Origin: Spirochaetota bacterium
Lineage (GTDB): Bacteria; Spirochaetota; Spirochaetia; B11-G9
Assembly (NCBI GenBank): GCA_024280415.1
Contig: JAJRQE010000071.1
Location: forward strand, 1 to 58,999
Length of the DNA: 58,999 nucleotides
Reading direction: 5' to 3'
Below, piece by piece: positions 17,443 through 26,470 of the stretch. The position numbers and the translations under genes are program-made. Below the pieces are notes generated by a model. The model ran no database searches and was not told where the DNA came from. It saw nothing but the letters and a program-made list of their open reading frames with translations. Positions within the stretch are counted from its first letter, which is position 1. The number at the start of each line of letters is the position of its first letter.

Positions 17443-19924
17443 CCTTCCTATTTACAACCAGAAAGACAAAATATTAAAAACACTTAAAGATAATCAGGTA
17501 ATTATTGTAGAAAGTCCTACAGGTTCCGGTAAGACAACACAGCTTCCGGTAATTCTGCATGAAGCTGGATATGGTAGTTCCGGTATTATAGGAATTACCC
17601 AGCCAAGAAGAATTGCAACTGTTTCCGTCAGTGAGTTCATAGCTAACAATATGGATTCCAGAAACAGGAGTATTGTTGCCTACAAGATGAGATTTGAAGA
17701 TACAACAGATATTTTAACCAAAATTAAAATTATGACTGACGGTATTCTCCTCCAGGAACTTAAAGCAGACAAACTACTCTCAAAATACTCAGTAATAATG
17801 GTGGATGAAGCTCATGAACGAAGTCTTAATATAGATTTTATTTTAGGTTTGTTGAAAAGTATTTTAACTATCAGGCATGACTTAAAAGTAATTATTTCCT
17901 CTGCAACAATTAATGGAAAAATATTCTCCGATTATTTCGGGGGAGCACCCATTGTTCATATTGAAACAAGGGTATTTCCCATTCAGACAATATACGTAAA
18001 TCTCCCTGTAGAAAATAATTATGAAAACCTTCTTCAAAAAATTGGTGATATTGTTTTTAATGAGTTAAGAAAGAAGGAAACCGGTGATATTCTTATATTC
18101 CTGCCCGGTGAACGTGCAATTAAAGATTGTATTAATCTGCTTCAGAGCAGTAAAGTTTCAAAAAAATTATTTATAATACCCCTGTATGGCAGACTTACCA
18201 AGGAGGAGCAGGAAAGAGTATTTATTAAAACTCCCAATGGAAAAATAAAAGTTGTTGTCTCAACAAATATTGCAGAAACCAGTATCACTATTGACCAGAT
18301 AAAAACTGTTATAGACTCCGGTCTTGCTAAAATTAATTTCTACAGTCCCAGAACCTTTACAGAATCTCTGATTGAGAGCCCTGTATCAAAAGCAGCATCA
18401 GACCAGCGTAAGGGAAGATCGGGAAGAACGGGTCCCGGAACATGTTACAGGCTCTATTCAAAACGGGACTTTGATACAAGAGCTCAGTTTACCCTGGAGG
18501 AAATATTCAGGACAGACCTTTCCGAGGTTGTTCTCCAGATGGCGGAACTGGGAATTACTGATTTTGGAAGTTTTGATTTTATCTCGACTCCCGGAAGCCA
18601 GGGAATTGCCGGAGCAATTGAATCACTCAAGCTCCTGGGTGCTCTCGACAATAAAAACAAACTTACTGCTGCAGGACAGATGATGGTTAAATTCCCACTC
18701 CTGCCAAGACATTCCAGAATGATTGTTGAATCTATTTTGAGATATCCTGATGTGGTGGAAGAAGTTCTTATAAGTGCTTCATTTCTTTCATCACACTCTC
18801 CATTCCTTCTTCCGCAGAACGAAGAGATAGAGGCAAGAAATGCCCAGCATTATTTCAGGGATCCTTCAGGAGATTTTATTTCAAATATAAAACTCTTTAA
18901 AATATACTCAAAAATTGGTGATTCTGAAAAAAGACAACAATTCTGTGATAAATATTATCTCGATTTACGAACTCTGAATATGATAGTAAATATAAAAGAA
19001 CAACTTGAGAGTATTGTCAGAGAGATGGGTATTCCTATTATTAATGGAGGGACCCAGAAGGAACTTCTCTGTTCTATTGCAGCTGGACTAATTCAGTTTG
19101 TCTGTATCAGATCAGGAAAGTCATCCTACAGGAGTCTTACAGCAGGGCAGATACATATTCATCCTGGATCAGTTATGTTCAGGGAGTCTCCGGAGTATAT
19201 AGTTGCATGGGAGATTGTAAAGACCTCAAGAATGTTTGCCCGATCTGTGTCAGTTATTCAAAAAAACTGGCTTCCTGAAATTTCTCCTGATTTAAGCAGA
19301 CTTGTTCCAGATAAAAGAGATCAAAGAAATAAGAAAGATAAAAAGACAGGAAAGATAAAAGATACATCGAATACCATATCTATTAATAGCAAGGTGTTTC
19401 AACTCGTTCCTTTTAGAGGTAAAAAGAAGATAGCTATCCTCCCCTGGGAGGAGATAAGGGATCTTGTAAAAGATACAACTGCCGAGAAAATCTCAATTTA
19501 TAACAATGTACGTGGAAAAATAATCTTCCGTGATATGGAACTGGAAACAGGAAGCAGGATTGTAAATATTATCAGGATTACTCCCCATATTGATCCTGAA
19601 GGTGATCTAGCTATGAAAAGTAAATCCGGTGGAAGTTTTAGTCTGAATTCAGATTTAAAAGTTTTTGAGAATATGATTAGCCGTATCCTTAAAATTGTAA
19701 GGGTAAAGAAAAAAGGCCGTGTCCTGGGCTATCTTTCTCTTGAAACCGATGAACATGGAACCTATTGGCTTAAAACGAAAAAGGGGTTTTACGGTGCAGT
19801 TGAGGAAAGTCTCTCGAGCCTGGAAGTTATGGCAGATGAAATAGGGAATAATATGAATTCTGTATATGGAACTGCAGTAAGTCTGCAGTACAGAAAACTT
19901 ACCGCAATATTCGAGAGCCTTTGA
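17432..19924 (+). CDS. hrpA: DEAH-box ATP-dependent RNA helicase, short HrpA/HrpB type
   Basis: SPTGSGKTTQ, DEAHERS, SATIN, TNIAETSITI and QRKGRSGR motifs. 830 aa, as in spirochetal HrpA. Confidence 0.85.
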   Translation: MINNLPIYNQKDKILKTLKDNQVIIVESPTGSGKTTQLPVILHEAGYGSSGIIGITQPRRIATVSVSEFIANNMDSRNRSIVAYKMRFEDTTDILTKIKIMTDGILLQELKADKLLSKYSVIMVDEAHERSLNIDFILGLLKSILTIRHDLKVIISSATINGKIFSDYFGGAPIVHIETRVFPIQTIYVNLPVENNYENLLQKIGDIVFNELRKKETGDILIFLPGERAIKDCINLLQSSKVSKKLFIIPLYGRLTKEEQERVFIKTPNGKIKVVVSTNIAETSITIDQIKTVIDSGLAKINFYSPRTFTESLIESPVSKAASDQRKGRSGRTGPGTCYRLYSKRDFDTRAQFTLEEIFRTDLSEVVLQMAELGITDFGSFDFISTPGSQGIAGAIESLKLLGALDNKNKLTAAGQMMVKFPLLPRHSRMIVESILRYPDVVEEVLISASFLSSHSPFLLPQNEEIEARNAQHYFRDPSGDFISNIKLFKIYSKIGDSEKRQQFCDKYYLDLRTLNMIVNIKEQLESIVREMGIPIINGGTQKELLCSIAAGLIQFVCIRSGKSSYRSLTAGQIHIHPGSVMFRESPEYIVAWEIVKTSRMFARSVSVIQKNWLPEISPDLSRLVPDKRDQRNKKDKKTGKIKDTSNTISINSKVFQLVPFRGKKKIAILPWEEIRDLVKDTTAEKISIYNNVRGKIIFRDMELETGSRIVNIIRITPHIDPEGDLAMKSKSGGSFSLNSDLKVFENMISRILKIVRVKKKGRVLGYLSLETDEHGTYWLKTKKGFYGAVEESLSSLEVMADEIGNNMNSVYGTAVSLQYRKLTAIFESL

Positions 19925-19928
19925 TTTT

Positions 19929-20975
19929 TCAACTTTCCCTGATTATTCTTTTGCCGAGGACTTTTAAAAGAACAGATCTCTCTACAGGAGAAAGGAAAGT
20001 TTCTCCCTGCTCCCTCTGGAGAACAAACTGAACAGAACTATCCTTTTTCTTCTTATCCTTTTTAAGAGCTGCAATTAAAGATTCCGGGGTTATTCCTGCA
20101 GGTGTAATCAAATTATAGGAATACTTTTCTGCTATGGCCCTAACCTCCTCCAGCCAGGAGGGAGGTGTGACACCCATCAATACACCAGATTCCAAAGCCT
20201 TTATTATACCCCAGACAACTGCCTCTCCATGTGAAACAGAAGAAAAACCTGAAACCGATTCCAGAGCATGACCAAATGTATGCCCAAGATTAAGATGTGC
20301 CCGAAGGCCCTTCTCAACAGCATCCTGTTCCACATACCAGGCTTTTACAAATATTGATCTTTCCAGTAATTCAGTCAGGACATCTCTGTCTCTGTTAAGA
20401 ACGGAAGCATATTTTGTATCTAATATTGTTAGTATTTTCCGGTCTCTAAGAAGACCATGCTTAAATATTTCTCCAAGGCCATTCATATACTCCTTTTCCG
20501 GAAGAGTATTTAGAAGATCAATACATACTCTTACCTCTTTTGCAGGAGTAAAGGTACCAATCATATTCTTATAACCAAGAAAATCAATTCCGGTTTTCCC
20601 TCCAAAAGCTGCATCAGCCATGGCAAGAAGAGTTGTGGGTACAAGAATAATATCGGTACCCCGCATATACACAGACCCCGCAAAAGCAGTCATATCGCAT
20701 ATAACACCTCCACCGATACCGACAAAGAGCGAATCTCTGGCCAGACCAGAAGTAAGAGCCTTTGTCAGAATACCCTCTATGCTGAGCCAGTTTTTCGTAA
20801 TTTCTCCGGGGTTTAGTACAAACTCAGTAACAGGCAGCACTGCAGGAAACAATTTTCGCGTATTGGTATCGAAAACGGCAATTATATTTTTGTAATTAAA
20901 ATTGAATAGTTCAGAGATCTCAAGGAACATAACAACTGTTTCTTTATTTCCAATTTTGAAGATATGTTTTTTCAA
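19929..20975 (-). CDS. aroB: 3-dehydroquinate synthase
   Basis: GGGVICDMTAFAG...GGKTGIDF...NLGHTFGHALE are DHQS motifs. 348 aa. Confidence 0.85.
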   Translation of the reverse strand: MKKHIFKIGNKETVVMFLEISELFNFNYKNIIAVFDTNTRKLFPAVLPVTEFVLNPGEITKNWLSIEGILTKALTSGLARDSLFVGIGGGVICDMTAFAGSVYMRGTDIILVPTTLLAMADAAFGGKTGIDFLGYKNMIGTFTPAKEVRVCIDLLNTLPEKEYMNGLGEIFKHGLLRDRKILTILDTKYASVLNRDRDVLTELLERSIFVKAWYVEQDAVEKGLRAHLNLGHTFGHALESVSGFSSVSHGEAVVWGIIKALESGVLMGVTPPSWLEEVRAIAEKYSYNLITPAGITPESLIAALKKDKKKKDSSVQFVLQREQGETFLSPVERSVLLKVLGKRIIRES

Positions 20976-20984
20976 AAGGATACC

Positions 20985-21275
20985 CTAGGAAAGCATTCCC
21001 TTAATTAAAGCACGGATAAAGGGATCAGATATGGAATAATATCGTTTATTTCCTTTTATTTCCGACATAACAATATCCTTTTCCTTGAGGACTGCAAGAT
21101 GCTGTGATATTACAGGCTGGGACTGATTAAGACATGTCCACAATTCAGTTACACATGCATCCTCATTTTCTATTAAACAAAGAATCTTTAATCTTAATGG
21201 GTGACCGCAGACCTTCAGCTTTTCTGCATAGGATTCAATGGTTAAACCGGAACAACAAGTTTTCTCTTTCATCAT
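20985..21275 (-). CDS. ArsR/SmtB-family transcriptional regulator
   Basis: 96 aa. HPLRLKILCLIENEDACVTELWTCLNQSQPVISQHLAVLKEKDIV is a wHTH with a Cys pair. Confidence 0.85.
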   Translation of the reverse strand: MMKEKTCCSGLTIESYAEKLKVCGHPLRLKILCLIENEDACVTELWTCLNQSQPVISQHLAVLKEKDIVMSEIKGNKRYYSISDPFIRALIKGMLS

Positions 21276-21280
21276 TCGAT

Positions 21281-21309
21281 AAATTACACTTTATAGGAGC
21301 ATATTTCAA
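21281..21309 (-). promoter_or_regulatory. Sigma70-type promoter TTGAAA-17-TAATTT ending 5 nt before ATG 21275
   Basis: Read on the minus strand: TTGAAA (21309..21304), TAATTT (21286..21281), then atcga ATG. No SD. Confidence 0.5.
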
Positions 21310-21406
21310 GTATTATGTACTATTATCCCTATTTTTATTTCTCAAAAACTATGGAATTCATTTTATATGCTCAGAGAAAAAATACTTATTTTTGGAATCA
21401 CTTCTA

Positions 21407-21435
21407 TTGAAATGAATTGTCCCTTTGCTTATTAT
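21407..21435 (+). promoter_or_regulatory. Sigma70-type promoter TTGAAA-17-TATTAT ending 6 nt before ATG 21442
   Basis: TTGAAA at 21407-21412, TATTAT at 21430-21435, then ccaact ATG. No SD. Confidence 0.5.
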
Positions 21436-21441
21436 CCAACT

Positions 21442-22062
21442 ATGAATTCTGTCTATCTCGACTGGGCTGCCACTGCTCCTGTAAAAAACGATATACCGAC
21501 TCTCATGTCAGAGGTGCTGATATCTGCAAATGGAAACCCCTCTTCCCTTCATAACGAAGGGATAAAGGCCAGAACAATAATTGAAAAAAGCAGGCATTCA
21601 TGTGCAGATCTATTAAAGGTAAAACCGGAGCAGATAATTTTTACTTCCGGGGGAACTGAGGCCAACAGCATAGTCCTATCCTCGTTTTTTAGAAAGAAAA
21701 CCAAAGGTCATATTATAATTTCAGCTATTGAGCACCCATCTGTATATGAATTTACACATGGATTAAAGGATGCAGGTTTCGAACTTACAGTAATAAATCC
21801 TGATTCCAGAGGATTTATTGATCCCATAACTATTAAAGATGCTCTTACTTCCAATACCCAACTTATTTCTGTTATGGCTGTTAACAATGAAACAGGGGTA
21901 GTACAGGATATGGAGGGAATTATTGAACAGGTAAGGTATTTTGAAAAGGATAATGGGCGTAAAATTCACATCCACACAGATGCAGTACAGGTTCTTGGAA
22001 AACTACCCTTTTACCCAGGTGAGTTTAATATTGATTCCGCATCTTTCAGTCCCATAAAATAG
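21442..22062 (+). CDS. Cysteine desulfurase (NifS/IscS class V aminotransferase), N-terminal fragment
   Basis: VYLDWAATAP, FTSGGTEANS and HTDAVQ motifs. Stops at FSPIK*, just before the PLP-lysine HK motif. The likely start is MNSVYLD at 21442; the track start is 21367. Confidence 0.85.
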   Translation: MNSVYLDWAATAPVKNDIPTLMSEVLISANGNPSSLHNEGIKARTIIEKSRHSCADLLKVKPEQIIFTSGGTEANSIVLSSFFRKKTKGHIIISAIEHPSVYEFTHGLKDAGFELTVINPDSRGFIDPITIKDALTSNTQLISVMAVNNETGVVQDMEGIIEQVRYFEKDNGRKIHIHTDAVQVLGKLPFYPGEFNIDSASFSPIK

Positions 22063-22193
22063 GAGGCCCAAAGGGGACAGGCCTGCTCTATTTAAAAAAA
22101 CCAATAGTTGTTCTTTCTCAGGGAGGAGGACAGGAATTCGGGATACGCCCGGGAACTGAAAATACAGCAGGTATTTCAGCCCTTGCAAGAGCT

Positions 22194-22610
22194 TTGGAAT
22201 TAAGTCTTGGATCGATAAACTCCAATTTAGTACATGCAGAAAAACTGAGATCACTTTTTCTCGAAAAAATTTCCCAGGTAAAGGGAGTAAAAATACTCTT
22301 TAATTCCACAGAAGCAGAAAACAGAACCTATTCACCATATATAATAAGCTTATCGGTCTCCCCTGTTCCAGGCGAAGTTGTGGTGAGGGTAATGAAAGAT
22401 GAAGGATTTTTAATATCGACAGGTTCTGCCTGTTCATCGAAAAACAGAAAAAAACAGATGAGAGTGCTTATCGCCTCAGGGATCTCAGAAAAAGATGCTG
22501 CTGGTTCAATAAGAGTATCAACAGGAGATACAACTAAAGAGATAGAAATTCTTAATTTCTGTTCAACTCTTAATGCCAGACTGTCTGAATTAAGAAAATA
22601 TCATAAATAA
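22194..22610 (+). CDS. Cysteine desulfurase, C-terminal fragment (homologous frame open from about 22053)
   Basis: The same frame upstream reads HKIGGPKGTGLLYLKKP...RPGTENTAGISALA. The C-terminal SxGSACSS carries the active-site Cys loop. Confidence 0.85.
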   Translation: MELSLGSINSNLVHAEKLRSLFLEKISQVKGVKILFNSTEAENRTYSPYIISLSVSPVPGEVVVRVMKDEGFLISTGSACSSKNRKKQMRVLIASGISEKDAAGSIRVSTGDTTKEIEILNFCSTLNARLSELRKYHK

Positions 22611-22626
22611 AATACCGGAGAAACAA

Positions 22627-23790
22627 ATGGAAAATCTTTATCTTATAAAAATTGGAGAAATATCTCTAAAGAAAGGGAATAGAGCTAAATTTGAAAAACA
22701 GCTTAGATTCAATATAAAGAAAAAACTTAACAGTTCATCCAGGATTACCATTCAAAGAGGAAGATTCTTCCTGGAAAGTAACGAAAAAGATATAGAAAAC
22801 ATCCGATATGCCCTGTCCACCACACCAGGGCTTGTTGGCTTTTCCAGAGCAGTTAAAGTAAATAAAGATATATCCGAAATTAAAAAGGCAGCACTGGTAT
22901 TTGCAGAAGAACTTGCCTCCAGACACCAGGGAGGTTCTTTTAAAATTGAATCCAGAAGAGCGGATAAAGGTTTTGAATTTTCCTCTTATCAAATTTCATC
23001 CCTCGTTGGAGAATACCTTCTGGAAAAGATACCCTCTCTCCATGTAGATGTTCATAAGCCAGACTGGATTATCAGTATAGAACTGCGAGATCTTGCCTAT
23101 ATATACGGCGCAAGGGACAAGGGCGCAGGAGGTCTTCCTGTTGGGAGTGCCGCAAAAGGTATGCTTCTCCTTTCCGGAGGAATTGATTCTCCGGTCGCAG
23201 GTTATTTAATGGCAAAAAGAGGTGTAAAAATGGATGCAGTCTATTTTCATGCCTACCCATACACTTCTGATGAAGCACTTGAAAAAGTAAAGAAACTTGC
23301 TCAAAAGATTTCACCCTATTTATCGGGAGTCTCCCTCTTTGTTGTTCCTTTTACAGATTTCCAGCTTTTACTCAAAGAAAAGGCAAGAGAAGAGGAAATA
23401 ACTCTCCTTATGAGAGCAGGCATGGTGAAAATTGCAGAGATTATTTCAAAAAAAAGGGGCAATATCTGTCTGATTACCGGAGAATCACTCAGTCAGGTAG
23501 CAAGTCAAACGGTGGAGAGTATACGATATACAGGAAGTGAAACCGATTTACCTGTATTCCGACCTCTTATAGGTATGGATAAAGAAGATATTATAAAAAT
23601 AGCAAAAAACATAGAAACCTATGACACTTCAATTCTTCCATTCGAAGACTGCTGTACCATCTTTTCTCCAAAACACCCTCAGGTGAAACCGGAACTTGAA
23701 AAGCTGAAAAACTCTTTTCTGAGGCTTAATGGAGAAGATCTGCTTGAAGAGGCTGCAGAAAAAGCTGAACGTTTCTATTTTAAACCGTAA
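22627..23790 (+). CDS. thiI: tRNA 4-thiouridine synthase ThiI (THUMP + PP-loop)
   Basis: 387 aa. LLLSGGIDSPVA is the PP-loop, preceded by a THUMP-like N-terminus. Lies directly downstream of the cysteine desulfurase. Confidence 0.9.
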   Translation: MENLYLIKIGEISLKKGNRAKFEKQLRFNIKKKLNSSSRITIQRGRFFLESNEKDIENIRYALSTTPGLVGFSRAVKVNKDISEIKKAALVFAEELASRHQGGSFKIESRRADKGFEFSSYQISSLVGEYLLEKIPSLHVDVHKPDWIISIELRDLAYIYGARDKGAGGLPVGSAAKGMLLLSGGIDSPVAGYLMAKRGVKMDAVYFHAYPYTSDEALEKVKKLAQKISPYLSGVSLFVVPFTDFQLLLKEKAREEEITLLMRAGMVKIAEIISKKRGNICLITGESLSQVASQTVESIRYTGSETDLPVFRPLIGMDKEDIIKIAKNIETYDTSILPFEDCCTIFSPKHPQVKPELEKLKNSFLRLNGEDLLEEAAEKAERFYFKP

Positions 23791-23806
23791 CAATCCTTAC
23801 CAGGAA

Positions 23807-24097
23807 TTAAGTCTTAACTGTTTCTTTCTTTGTCTCTTTCTTTTTGGGTGTCGGGGATTCCGGCTTTGAGGGTTGATCAGAACTACCGGCCTTCGGCGCA
23901 CTGCTATTGCTGTTTTTACCCTTATTATCTGTAACATAAAATCCGCTGCCCTTGAAAATTATCCCAAGACCGCCACCAATAAGACGCCTGAGAGAACCCT
24001 GACATTCTGGACATTCTTTTATGGGATCATCTGACATTGACTGAAAGTATTCAAAATCTTTACCGCAGTCTTTACATTTATAATCGTATGTTGGCAT
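23807..24097 (-). CDS. FmdB-family zinc-ribbon protein
   Basis: MPTYDYKCKDCGKDFEYFQSMSDDPIKECPECQG is a CxxC...CxxC motif, followed by a low-complexity S/P/K tail. Confidence 0.85.
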   Translation of the reverse strand: MPTYDYKCKDCGKDFEYFQSMSDDPIKECPECQGSLRRLIGGGLGIIFKGSGFYVTDNKGKNSNSSAPKAGSSDQPSKPESPTPKKKETKKETVKT

Positions 24098-24181
24098 AAT
24101 AGCTCTCCGATGAGTTATTGAAATTTAATTTTATTAACATAATATATAGATAATCTAATATAAAATTCAAGAACTGTTTAT

Positions 24182-24946
24182 TTAAATTCTTACAGGTATT
24201 TTATTTTTCTCAAGATATCCCTTTATCCCTCCAACAGTATATCCATCTATATGAACCATGGAAGCAATTAAAGCGGCATCCGCCCTTCCTTTATTAAAGA
24301 CCTCCAGAAGATGTAGAGGAGTTCCGGCTCCTCCGGAAGCAATAACAGGTACAGGTACACTTTCGGAAATCATCCTGGTCAATTTTACTTCATATCCATT
24401 TTTTGTACCATCTGCATCTATAGAATTAAGAACAATTTCCCCTGCTCCCAGATCCACTACACGGTGGGACCATTCAAGTGCATCCAGATCCATCCGTGTT
24501 CTGCCTCCGTTGATAACCACTACATACCCGGAAGGTTTGGTTTTGTCGGCTGCAACATCCATTCCCACAACAATACACTGCCTGCCAAAATGAGAAGCTC
24601 CCTGTGATATTAAATTGGGGTTTAACACTGCGGCACTGTTAATGCTTACCTTTTCTGCACCTGCAAGGATAACCTTTTTCATATCTTCAAGGGTTCGTAT
24701 TCCTCCGCCAACAGAAAATGGAATAAATATCTTTTCTGCTACCTTTCTGACAACATCAATCATTATACCCCTGTTTTCGGAAGAGGCTGTAATATCATAA
24801 AAAACCAGTTCATCAACACCCTGCCTATAGTACTCCTCTGCCATTACAACAGGATCACCAATATCAACATTACCCTTAAATTTAATACCCTTTGTAGTTT
24901 TCCCGTCGCGTACATCCAGACAGACAATAATTCTCTTTTGAAGCAT
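24182..24946 (-). CDS. hisF: Imidazole glycerol phosphate synthase cyclase subunit HisF (or WbuZ-like paralogue)
   Basis: [11 protein letters not shown]...[13 protein letters not shown]...PFSVGGGIR...ASGGAG is the HisF (beta/alpha)8 pattern. Confidence 0.85.
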   Translation of the reverse strand: MLQKRIIVCLDVRDGKTTKGIKFKGNVDIGDPVVMAEEYYRQGVDELVFYDITASSENRGIMIDVVRKVAEKIFIPFSVGGGIRTLEDMKKVILAGAEKVSINSAAVLNPNLISQGASHFGRQCIVVGMDVAADKTKPSGYVVVINGGRTRMDLDALEWSHRVVDLGAGEIVLNSIDADGTKNGYEVKLTRMISESVPVPVIASGGAGTPLHLLEVFNKGRADAALIASMVHIDGYTVGGIKGYLEKNKIPVRI

Positions 24947-25557
24947 TAGTCTGCCCCTTTAATAAAATTATCGAGTATTTTCAGACCAAAGGGACCAGAT
25001 TTTTCAGGATGAAACTGCAGGGCAACTAAATTATCTACAGAAAAAGCGGAAGAAAACTCAATTCCATATTCTGTGGATCCTATTACCTGACTGCTTTTAT
25101 CCAATTCAGGATAGAAAGAGTGGACAAAATAAAAAGAGCCGTTGTCCGGAATATCCCTAAAAATATAATGAGATCCTTTAATGCTAACCTGATTCCATCC
25201 CATGTGAGGAATTTTCAATCCCATTTCCACTGAAAATTCTCTGGATACACCAGGAACAAGTCCTAAACAATAAGTGCTGTTCTCTTCGGAAGATTTAAGA
25301 ACAATCTGACACCCCAGACAAATTCCGAGAAGGGGTTTACCTGATTTAAAAAAATCCTTTATAAATTGATCCAACCCCCTCTCACTCAAAATTCTCATTG
25401 CCGACCGGGCCTCACCTACACCTGGAAATATTATCTTATCTCCTTTTTTTAAAACAGATGGATCACTGGAAATAAAATAATCTGCATGTAAATATCTCAG
25501 AGCAGTTTCTACACTTTTAAGATTTCCTGCCTCATAATCCACTATCCCTATTTTCAC
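24946..25557 (-). CDS. hisH: Imidazole glycerol phosphate synthase glutaminase subunit HisH (or WbuY-like paralogue)
   Basis: [14 protein letters not shown]...LGICLGCQ...LQFHPEKSG is the class-I GATase triad. I prefer GTG 25557 (AGGGGA 6 nt upstream, just after the upstream stop); the track start is 25590. Confidence 0.85.
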   Translation of the reverse strand: MKIGIVDYEAGNLKSVETALRYLHADYFISSDPSVLKKGDKIIFPGVGEARSAMRILSERGLDQFIKDFFKSGKPLLGICLGCQIVLKSSEENSTYCLGLVPGVSREFSVEMGLKIPHMGWNQVSIKGSHYIFRDIPDNGSFYFVHSFYPELDKSSQVIGSTEYGIEFSSAFSVDNLVALQFHPEKSGPFGLKILDNFIKGAD

Positions 25558-25558
25558 A

Positions 25559-26455
25559 TCAATTCCCCTGGGAGATCCCGGTGTCACCATCCATAATATC
25601 CATAAAATCCTCAGAATTCAGAGCAATACCTTCCACAATAATTCTGGATCCTACTGCTTCGATACGGCTTTTACGGATAACCTGCATAACGGAAAGTCTC
25701 CCCCCTTCCCTGAGTTTCATTAAGAGTCCAAGTTTAAGGGCAGTTGAAAATATTCTAGCTTCTGATGAATCAGAGAACTGAAGGAACCCTGAAATTTCAT
25801 ATTTTTCGGTAGATTTATCCACTGAAAGAAGAATTTCCTGAATCGACATTTTACCGGAGGGGATGTTCAATGCAGAATAGAGACCCGAACCCGGTAGTCG
25901 GGAATAAAAAGTAACAGCAGCTCTGTCAAACTCCATTTTTACATATTCAGGTATGTAAAAACGTTTTCCGGACTCAACAGAAGAGAGTTCCGACTGAATA
26001 TTTGAATTTGAAATAAGAGCAATAGAGCTTATGGGAACGGAGGTATATAAACCCTCAATGCTGTTCTCCCACCAAATATATTTATCTCTGTGTTTAACCC
26101 AGTTATCCTCCCTGCCAATAGCAATATTGGTCAGAAATCTGGGATATTTTCCCTCTGCAAGTATTGAAAATTCAGACTCTCCATCAAATCCCTCAGTGGA
26201 AACAGTCAGCGATTCAGTCCGGCTGATAATATCGGAGAGATCACCCTTTGAATATCTTCCTATAAACCTGTCCAGGACTTCCGTATCTTCTGTGAGATTA
26301 AAATGGATGAGAAGATTTCCCTCTTTTGCTATAATTCCAGGGAAATTGGGATCCTCAATCCCGGCTCGGGTCTGACAACCACTTACCAAAAGAGAAAGAA
26401 AGAGAAAAAAAACAGATACAGAAAAAGTAACAATATTAATTTTATTTGTCTTCAT
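25559..26455 (-). CDS. Lipoprotein of unknown function
   Basis: The signal peptide ends in the lipobox LLVSGC. 298 aa. Confidence 0.7.
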   Translation of the reverse strand: MKTNKINIVTFSVSVFFLFLSLLVSGCQTRAGIEDPNFPGIIAKEGNLLIHFNLTEDTEVLDRFIGRYSKGDLSDIISRTESLTVSTEGFDGESEFSILAEGKYPRFLTNIAIGREDNWVKHRDKYIWWENSIEGLYTSVPISSIALISNSNIQSELSSVESGKRFYIPEYVKMEFDRAAVTFYSRLPGSGLYSALNIPSGKMSIQEILLSVDKSTEKYEISGFLQFSDSSEARIFSTALKLGLLMKLREGGRLSVMQVIRKSRIEAVGSRIIVEGIALNSEDFMDIMDGDTGISQGN

Positions 26456-26470
26456 TAGTTCCTAAACCTT

